From NCBI GenBank assembly GCA_951406725.2, contig OX597819.1, positions 100,068,001 through 100,132,000 of the forward strand: DNA of 64,000 nucleotides. Direction: 5' to 3'. Position 1 is the first letter of the stretch. Every line of letters starts with the position of its first letter. Source of the stretch: Octopus vulgaris. Its lineage: Eukaryota. A program made the position numbers and the translations under genes. The notes beneath the pieces were generated by a model. That model worked only from the letters and a program-made list of their open reading frames with translations, was not told the DNA's origin and did not search any database. This document shows, in pieces, positions 56,313-64,000 of this stretch.

Positions 56313-59300
56313 TTCACTTCCTCCTAGAAAAAGAAGGGAAAAAATCATAGACCGAGGCTTTCCGAATCCTTTGTGATCGACACAGCTGAGGGGATTCTTC
56401 TTTTTGTTCCTGACGGTTATCTCTAGGAGGAGGAGAATTTTCAGTTGGCTCTCTGTCTGGCTCGTGAGGGACAAATGTTTGGGTTAGGTTACCAGTTAAG
56501 TTAATCTTCCCTGGTGATGTCAATTGTTTTGTGGATACTGTGGTTTCCCGATCGTCTGGGTAACGGACGTGAGCGTATTGGGTGTTGGCTTTCGGATAAA
56601 TCAACTTGGTCCACGATAGGGTCATAGTTGTTAGTGCAATTGTTCCTTTGAACATGCGCAGGTCCTGGGTTAAGAAGCCATGTTGGCATAGATGTTCCTG
56701 TTGCTGAACGTCTTTGATAGTTAAAAAGACGTTCATGTGGAGTGCCGTTAGTGGACGTACAAAGAAGAGACCTGATTGAATGGAACGTGTCTGGGAGAAC
56801 TGTTTCCCATGAAAATACTGGATGGGCACGGGTTTTCAAAGAGAGTGAGTAGTACTGACTTCCAAATAATGCCATTATATCTTTCTACTTGACTGTTCCT
56901 AGTGGGAGTGTATGATATCGTCCTACTCGTTGCAATGCCCTTACTGAGGAGCAATTTTCTCAATCTTGTAGACATAAAGGCAGTTCCACGAACTGAATGT
57001 ATATAACTGGGCATTCAAAAAACTGAGAACAAGTCTGTAAGACACTTTATTACAGTCTGAGCTGATGTCTCAGATACTGGATAACCAAACGGAAATTGAG
57101 AGTATTCATCAAATATTGTTAGGGGATAAGGATGTTTCATGGAAAGAATCGGAAGATTTCTACTGCGGAAGAAATGATGAAGGCGTACTACACCAGGATG
57201 GCACAGTGCAGCGTGTAACTCATAAAGTGAATATGAACTAATTGCTGAACAGCAGACCCATGTGAATGTATCCGGAGCGGTGTTGCTGAATCCTGGGCGA
57301 TTGTGAATATCATATGAGTTTGGAGATAATGCAGTGCGCAATCTCATAACTTTATCATTTTTAATTTCGCTCTTCGCTTTATAATTACACATGAATGCAA
57401 CAGAATGTTGATGAGTAATTAATGTAAAATGTCTACCTAGAAGAAAGTGTCTCCAATGAGGAATTGATTCAATAATTGCTTGGACTTCATTTTCAACTGA
57501 GGAGTGGTACTGTTCGCTAACTTGCAGCGTGCGAGAATGTAATGCAACTACTCTTCCATCATGATTTAGTGTCGCAGACATGGTAAAATCCGAAGCATCC
57601 ATCTCAATAGTAAATGGAATGTTCTCATCTATTACTTGAATGGCAGCATTGGCTAGTTGGAGCAAGCCTTTCTGGGTCAGGGCTGAAATACGGTATCCAA
57701 GAAAGTCAAGAGTTGTTGTCTTCATTCATGGTAAGCCCTTCACTCTTTGACGCAATTTCAAATTTTTCTAAATTTTTATCGTGGTCATTTTGATCTTTCC
57801 CACATATGGTTAAATAGTCTATGAATGGGAACGTATCTCGCAGCTTGTATTTACGCACGAAGTCGCCGATTCTACGTCGAAAACATGCGCTGCCGTTAGT
57901 TACTCCGAATGGTATTCTAGTATAATGCTATAATTTACCATCAGCTCCAAAGGCTGTGAATTGACGGTCTTTCTCTGATAGAGGAATCTGATGGTATGCC
58001 GAACGTAAGTCTATAGTACTGTAGGCTTTACACTTGGCGATAGTGTTCACTAACTCATCAATTTTAGGAAGGGGGTAGGCATCAAGCTGTGTATATTTGT
58101 TACTCGTCTCTGAGTGGTCAATCACTATTCTTCGCCTTTTTTTTTTCTTGAACAACTAACACTTGCGATCTCCAAGGGGAGTTACTAGCTTCAATAATGT
58201 TCGCATCTGCTAAGCGGCGTACTTCTGTCCTGATGAACTCTCGATCACGTTCCGAGTATTTTCGCGATTTGGCTGCAATAGGTTTACAGTCCTCTCTGAC
58301 ATGAGCGAATAGCTTTGGAGGATCAGTTTTCATAGCTGTTAGCACAGTAAATGTTAACGGTGGTCTCTGTCCGCCGTATTGTATGGTAATACTTTCATGC
58401 CGTTCTTGGAAGTCAGTACCCAGAATTAGGTCAGTGCACAATTTCTGAGCACGTACAGTTTCACATGGTAGTATTTCTGATTATTCAGGGTTATTGAAAC
58501 AGTGCAGTATCCCTTGGATTCCGCAGAAAGAGATGCAGAAGTCATACCAATGACGTTCTTCAATTTGACCGTCTTGATCTTGTGTAGCTTCTCACTGATG
58601 AAGCTCTTGTCAGAGCTACCGCTATCAATTATTGCTTCGGCTTTATAGCCATTGTTCAGTATAACCATGGTGGTTACTCGGAAGGCTGAACCTGCTGATG
58701 CTGATACTGCCAATGGCAAATCATATTTACCATCATCCTGTGTTACAGTTGCTGCGTTGCTCCTACATAGCTTTCCAAAATGTCCTATTTTTTGGCATTT
58801 GTGACAGACTGCTTTTCGCGTAGAGCAGTGAGTTCGCGGATGTCTGGAATAGCCACAAAACCAACATTGAGAGGGGTCTCTTTTTCGGGTCGCGGCAGAG
58901 TATTTTTCTTCCTGCTTTGGGGAATCTATTGGCTTAGCTACAATGGTGCAGTTGGACTGACGTTGGCACCCTCAGAGTTTAGAAAGACACTGGAACTCTG
59001 TTGTGCCACATCTAGTGAACGTGCTTGATCATAAGCTGTACTGAGGTCGTCACTTTTGTTTTCTAATAGTCTTTGTCGTATTTATAAATGCATCTCGGAT
59101 CATTTCGGACCGGTACTGCTCAGCACTCACTGCATCAAAGTCACAGTCTTTCGCTAATATTTTGAGTTCTTTGGTTTCTGTTTTCTTGTGGTTAAAAGAT
59201 GGCGTGCCATTACGATTTTCTTTGGTTTAATGTGCACACTTTTTTGTGTATTCACAGCTTGTTTGTAGTTCTTAGCTTCACTGATGAATTCGTATACGTT

Positions 59301-59403
59301 CGGTTTTACATAATTAATCAAAAGATTGAGTTTATCGGTAATCCTACCTTCCTGCCCTGGTAGTGAGTCTATAAAGTTGGTGAAAGTTGTAAACCAGTGA
59401 TTA
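56155..59403 (-). mobile_element. degenerate Gypsy LTR retrotransposon: gag-PR-RT-RNaseH-IN plus 3' LTR, 5' end missing
   Basis: Gag shows HWFTTFTNFI..ARHLL and two CCHC knuckles (CWFCGYSRHPRTHC, CHKCQKIGHFGKLC). Protease shows IIDSGS. RT shows SPWRSQV, DAYPLP, IDLRSAYHQI and PFGVTNG. RNase H shows MDASD. Integrase shows QVERYNG. There are many frameshifts. Confidence 0.95.
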
Positions 59404-59469
59404 ACAACACTAACTCCATTTGAAAGTAACATGTGAATTATTTGATCTTTGTAGAGAGTGGGCAACTGA

Positions 59470-60160
59470 GAAGAACATTTCCTTAAGTTGTGCACAAAAA
59501 TAGCTATCTTAGAACACAGGGGACATACAGAGGGTCCACCCAGCTCCGAGTAAATAAGTAGATGGTCTGAGAATAACATGATACACGCCACTAGCTCAAG
59601 AACTTGAGACCTTCTGGGTTCCACATCCAATGTAATTTCTGTTCACATTCTGCTCAATAACCTGCTCCTGCTTCAACCAGGCATCCTGCTTCAGCATTAC
59701 CATTGCTCTACTTGCCCGCTCTTCCTCCACTGATAATGGAACCTCTGCATACACCAGCTTCCGCCTATTTTTTCCAGCTAGCTGCAGAATATTAGCTTGC
59801 TGTCGAGCCTCTGAATCTAGCCGTGTCCCGTGCCACAATCTCAAGCATAGATTTGTCTCAACCGTTCTACTGCTCCTCGGACCGCGTTCACTGTCTTCTA
59901 CTAAATCCTTGTTCTCACTAAACTCTGCACCATCAACCGTAGGGTCCCAAGAACTTACGTGTTGCAGCTGTTCACGTAATCTCTCTCACAGAACTCAACG
60001 AGAGCCTGAGAGCGTTGCTGCTTCCTTACAGCGCGATACCTAACTCGGTGGAAAACCTGGCCATCTGCTAAGGTGGCTCTTGGCAATGTGCTCTAAGCGC
60101 TCAACTACTGTTATGGAAGAATTAGTAGACAAGTCAGACTATTCATAAGAAGATCCCATA
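59470..60160 (-). pseudogene. HERO-like RLE-type LINE fragment
   Basis: VERLEHIAKSHLSRWPGFPPS, RRKLVYAEVPLSVEEERASRAMVMLKQDAWLK, EPRRSQVL and PSVCPLCSK resemble the post-RT/Zn-knuckle region of HERO-clade elements (recognised from memory). Confidence 0.65.
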
Positions 60161-60169
60161 CGCTTTTGC

Positions 60170-60822
60170 TCTCTTTACTCTTTTACTTGTCTCAGTCATT
60201 TGACTGCGACCATGCTGGAGCACTGCCTTTAGTCGAGCAAATCGACCCAGGACTTATTCTTTGTAAGCCTGTTTCTTTTGCCGAACCGCTGTTACGTGGA
60301 CGTAGACACATCATCACCGGTTGCCAAGTGATGTTGATGTGACAAACACAGACACGCAAACACACACACACACATACACACACATACACACATACACACA
60401 CACACACACACATATATATATATTTTATTTATCTAGTTCCAGCTCACTAGCTGTGGCCATGCTGGGGCACCGCCATTTGGTGTTGCTACATGATTTTACT
60501 TCACGAATGCTTTTTAGCAATTGCCATTTGGTGCATGAGAGAGTTCGATGCAGCTTCCCTCATCTGCACCTCCTGCCGTGAAGTTGGTTCATCTGGGATA
60601 CCTGACAAGAAGAGATCCAGTTTCGTTTTAAAGACATATATATACATATACATATATACGACGGCTTTCTTTCAGTTTCTGTTTACCAAATCCACTGACA
60701 AGGTTTTGGTCGGCCCGAGGCTATAGTAGAAGACACTTGCCCAAGGTGCCACGCAGTGGGACTGAACCCGGAGCCACGAAGTTGGGAAGCAAGCTTCTTA
60801 CCACACAGTCACTCCTGCGCCC
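60170..60822 (-). mobile_element. family-2 SINE split by a LINE 3' fragment in its internal microsatellite
   Basis: The tail at 60170-60350 and the head at 60655-60822 both match 16998-17390. Confidence 0.88.
60421..60635 (-). mobile_element. 5'-truncated LINE 3' end (CR1/L2-group C-terminus) whose 3'UTR resembles the family-2 SINE tail
   Basis: Minus strand reads VFKTKLDLFLSGIPDEPTSRQEVQMREAASNSLMHQMAIAKKHS*, then GGCGGTGCCCCAGCATGGCCACAGCTAGTGAGCTGGAACTAGATAAA. Confidence 0.75.
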
Positions 60823-61080
60823 ATGTTGGTAAACCCAAGCCATGTATCTTCTTGCTAATCCAGACTTATCTTCATGCTGTATGTTCTCTACTCTCTGCTC
60901 GCCTTGAAGGAGTAGGGGTCTTTTAGAGAACCCAACACTTCACTGCTGACTTGAGCAACATATACATTGCCAAAACAAACGTGAGAAACACTGAGATTGT
61001 GAACCCAGTAATTATTTCTACTTCCAGTAGTTTCGGGTCCTTTGTCTGCTGGACAGAAGAAACATTTAACTTGAACTTGC

Positions 61081-61120
<40 letters not shown>

Positions 61121-61717
61121 GATGAAGCGGAGGGGACGGAGGAGATGGTGTTGGCAGAGAAGGAGATGAGGAGGAGGAAGGAAAATGAGAGAACAGGAGG
61201 AAGAGGTGACAATGTGCTTTTTGACAGAAATTTGATCAAAATGCTCAGATGCATTCGCCACTACCACCTCACAGTTAAGCGAGCCTTCAGATTCAAGATC
61301 TGATGACAGACGCAGAACATAAGACAAAAGCTAACAATCAGCAGCTGACATGTCAACAACTTCACTCAATTATCCTACAAAACTTATGTATAACTGAGCA
61401 ACAGTCATTTTCTTATATATAACCAGCACCGTTGTCACGTGTTACACCAACACTATCTGTACACCTGCTCACAAACCTCTATTGTTCCTACTAATACCTG
61501 CAACAACCGTATCGTTGTAAGTCAAAGCAGAAGAAAAACACTGCTATCAGACATAGGTTCACAGTTACAAGTATTCACTCATTTTTCCTCATCTCTTATT
61601 ATAATATATAATTATTCTCACTTGCTTACCCCATCTGTGTACATACATATTATCAATGTATCTCTCTTTCCCTCTCTCTTTCGCTCTCGCTCTCTCTCTC
61701 TTTACATAATTTTATGT

Positions 61718-62117
61718 TCTTTTACTTGTGTCAGTCATTTCACTACGGCCATGATAAAGCACTGCTATAAAAGACTTCTTAGTCGAAGAAAGCCTAGCAC
61801 TTTGTAAACCAACTACTTTATTCTATCGGGGTGTTTCGTCGAACTGCTAAGTTACGGGGACGTAAACACACCAACATCGGTTGTCAAGTGATGGTGGGGC
61901 GACAAACATAGAAGCAAAGACACAGAGATAAACGCACACAGACACGTACACACACGTGATGGTCTTCGATCAGTTTCTGTCTACCAAATCCACTCATAGG
62001 GCTTTGATCGGTCCGAGGCTAAGCTAGAAGACACCTGCTCAAGATGCCACGCAGTGGGACTGAACCCGGAACCACGTGGTTGGGAAGCAAGCTTCTTACC
62101 ACAGACCCACGCCTGCA

Positions 62118-62120
<3 letters not shown>
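61718..62120 (-). mobile_element. family-2 SINE
   Basis: Aligns with 16998-17390. Confidence 0.88.
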
Positions 62121-62156
<36 letters not shown>

Positions 62157-62157
<1 letters not shown>

Positions 62158-62506
62158 CCTGTAAATAGTAATAATGGCATTTGTATAAGCTTAAAACTTA
62201 TAGCGTTTGCCGTGCAATGACTAAGGAAAATAGTCTAATAATTGGGCATAGAAGCCCTCGACAGACAAAAAAGTAGTCTTTCCCATCAACGTGAGTCTCG
62301 AACCCACATCCTTTTGTTAACGCGTCTAAGTGTGTTAGCATTACATCAGCGAATTAGGCTAATTCGAGTCTCACGCGGATGGGAAAGCCTACTTTTTTCC
62401 GTCGCGGGTTCATATGTCCCATTATTAGGCTATTTTCCTTAGTCATTGCACTGTGATCGCTATAAGCTTTAACCTTGTATAAAAACCATTATTATTATTT
62501 AGAGGA
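62157..62506. mobile_element. ~350-bp fold-back element with ~145-bp inverted arms and tRNA-like centre
   Basis: ..GTGCAATGACTAAGGAAAATAGTCTAATAAT..TTTCCCATC.. is inverted relative to ..GATGGGAAA..ATTATTAGGCTATTTTCCTTAGTCATTGCAC. Confidence 0.8.
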
Positions 62507-62575
62507 CTGTAAAACTCGGTACCATATAACAAAACCATTCCCACCGAAATATATATATATATATATATGTATATA

Positions 62576-63560
62576 TTGGGTCATCCCACAAATAATGCAG
62601 CTTATTTATACTTCTTTTATTTTTCAAAATTGAATTGAACAAAGTTCTTTTTAATCTAAAATATACTCTCCTTCATTTTCTACACTGCTCTTCGATCTAT
62701 CTGGTAGAATCGCAAGGCCCCTTTTCCAAAATTCACTTGTCCGTGAAGAAAAATACTCCTCCAGTACTGTTGTAACCTTGTCTACAGCATTCATATTTTC
62801 TCCATTCAAATGATTTTGAAAACTGCGAAATAAATGATAATCAGATGGGGCAATGTCCGGCGAAGATGGTGAGTGGGGCATTGTTTCCCATTCAAACTGC
62901 TCTAGCCTTTGGAACGTCATGCTCGCTGTATGTGGCCGAGCGTAATCCTGATGGAAGAACACCTTTCGTATTGAAACCAAAGGTAGTCGTTTTTCTTCTA
63001 GCGCTGACTTAAGCCGCTCAAGCTACTCACAGTAGACCTCCTTTGTTATCGTTTGGTTTGAGTTTAAAAGTTCAAAGTGGACTAAACCTTTCATACCCCA
63101 CCAGACAGATAACATCAAGTTACGCAGATGAAGACTTTCTTTAACCCGGGGTGCCTGTGTTTCTCCTTTCCCTACCGACTGCCTTCGGCGCTTGCCATTT
63201 TCATAGAAAATCTATTTCTCGTCACCTGTCTCTATTCGCTCCAAAAATAGTTCATTCGGGCGACCTCCGCGCGATTACACTGGGTAAGTTTGTGATGAAC
63301 CCATTGATACAATTTGGTGACTATTTCGATGGCACGCAGGTGTTATAAAATCGTTGAATGATCGAATCGAAGCTTCACTGTAGGTTCCTTAACAATTATG
63401 ATAAGATTTTTTCCAGTAGAACTTGCGGGACGTCCTCGTCGAGCTCTACAAATCTTCCAGGACGACGCTTGCCTTCTAAACTAGTTTTTGGCTAGGAATT
63501 TCTGAAACCACCGTTGACACTAGTTTACGATTATTGTCCGATCTCCATATACTGCTTTAC
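62576..63560 (-). pseudogene. degenerate mariner transposon
   Basis: FHQDYARPH, HSPSSPDIAPSDYHLF and GEYILD*. TA followed by TTGGGTCATCCC is a TIR-like end at 62574. The far end is unclear. Confidence 0.9.
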
Positions 63561-64000
63561 GTTCACATTTTTAAAAATTTCATTTCTGGTTTTCGTGTTA
63601 TACTATACGTCTTAAACCCGATACAAGTGAAGTCATGAAATTGAATTGATGTTTAAGCAATGTTCTAGAGGAATTCATTTAAATAATATTTATAATTAAT
63701 CTTTTCAAAAATACTGAGTGTATACAGTACCGTCAAAAGTCTTCGGCTATTTTAAACTACAGCAAATTTCTACTAATTGGTAATTTATGAGTGTATGTCG
63801 CGCATTACGTTTTCTACAGATGAAATATTGGCTCTGTTTCCATACCTAATCATTTTACTTTGTAGTAGGGGTTCTGAATGACAGGATAAGATGCAAGTCG
63901 ACCCCCAAACGTTTTCGGTCATCTCACATAAACCAATCAAAATACAGTGTTTTAAAACAAAAAAATGTCTATAATGAAAATATATTAAATAATGTTCATT

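Noticed and set aside
60830-61080. Minus-strand hydrophobic ORF segment that might be a host transmembrane exon
   Set aside because: No convincing splice context. It has weak hints of another decayed RLE-LINE piece and is left uncalled.
63723-63800. TA-CAGTACCGTCAAAAGT Tc1-like terminus (also TACGAGGGTCTG at ~660)
   Set aside because: No partner TIR or transposase is visible in the window.

Overview
AT-rich, microsatellite-dense eukaryotic DNA with no host gene I can support. The tRNA-derived SINE families and repeat style suggest an octopus/cephalopod genome (inference). It holds many transposon fossils: three SINE families, two mariner remnants and a mariner MITE, two Gypsy LTR remnants, and R4/Dong-like and HERO-like LINE fragments. 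It also holds a 1.3-kb element with ~200-bp TIRs and an 8-bp TSD, and a young, nearly intact CR1-type LINE (30669-34519) nested in an older R4-like LINE. The most unusual structure is at 36573-39280. Fold-back palindromes centred on (TA)n lead into circularly permuted and inverted copies of a ~620-bp non-coding unit. Each full copy carries a type I hammerhead-ribozyme-like fold with a long stem II, which suggests a Penelope-derived or retrozyme-like element. Most ORF-track entries are translations of simple repeats. Coordinates of degenerate elements are approximate and nothing was checked against a database.
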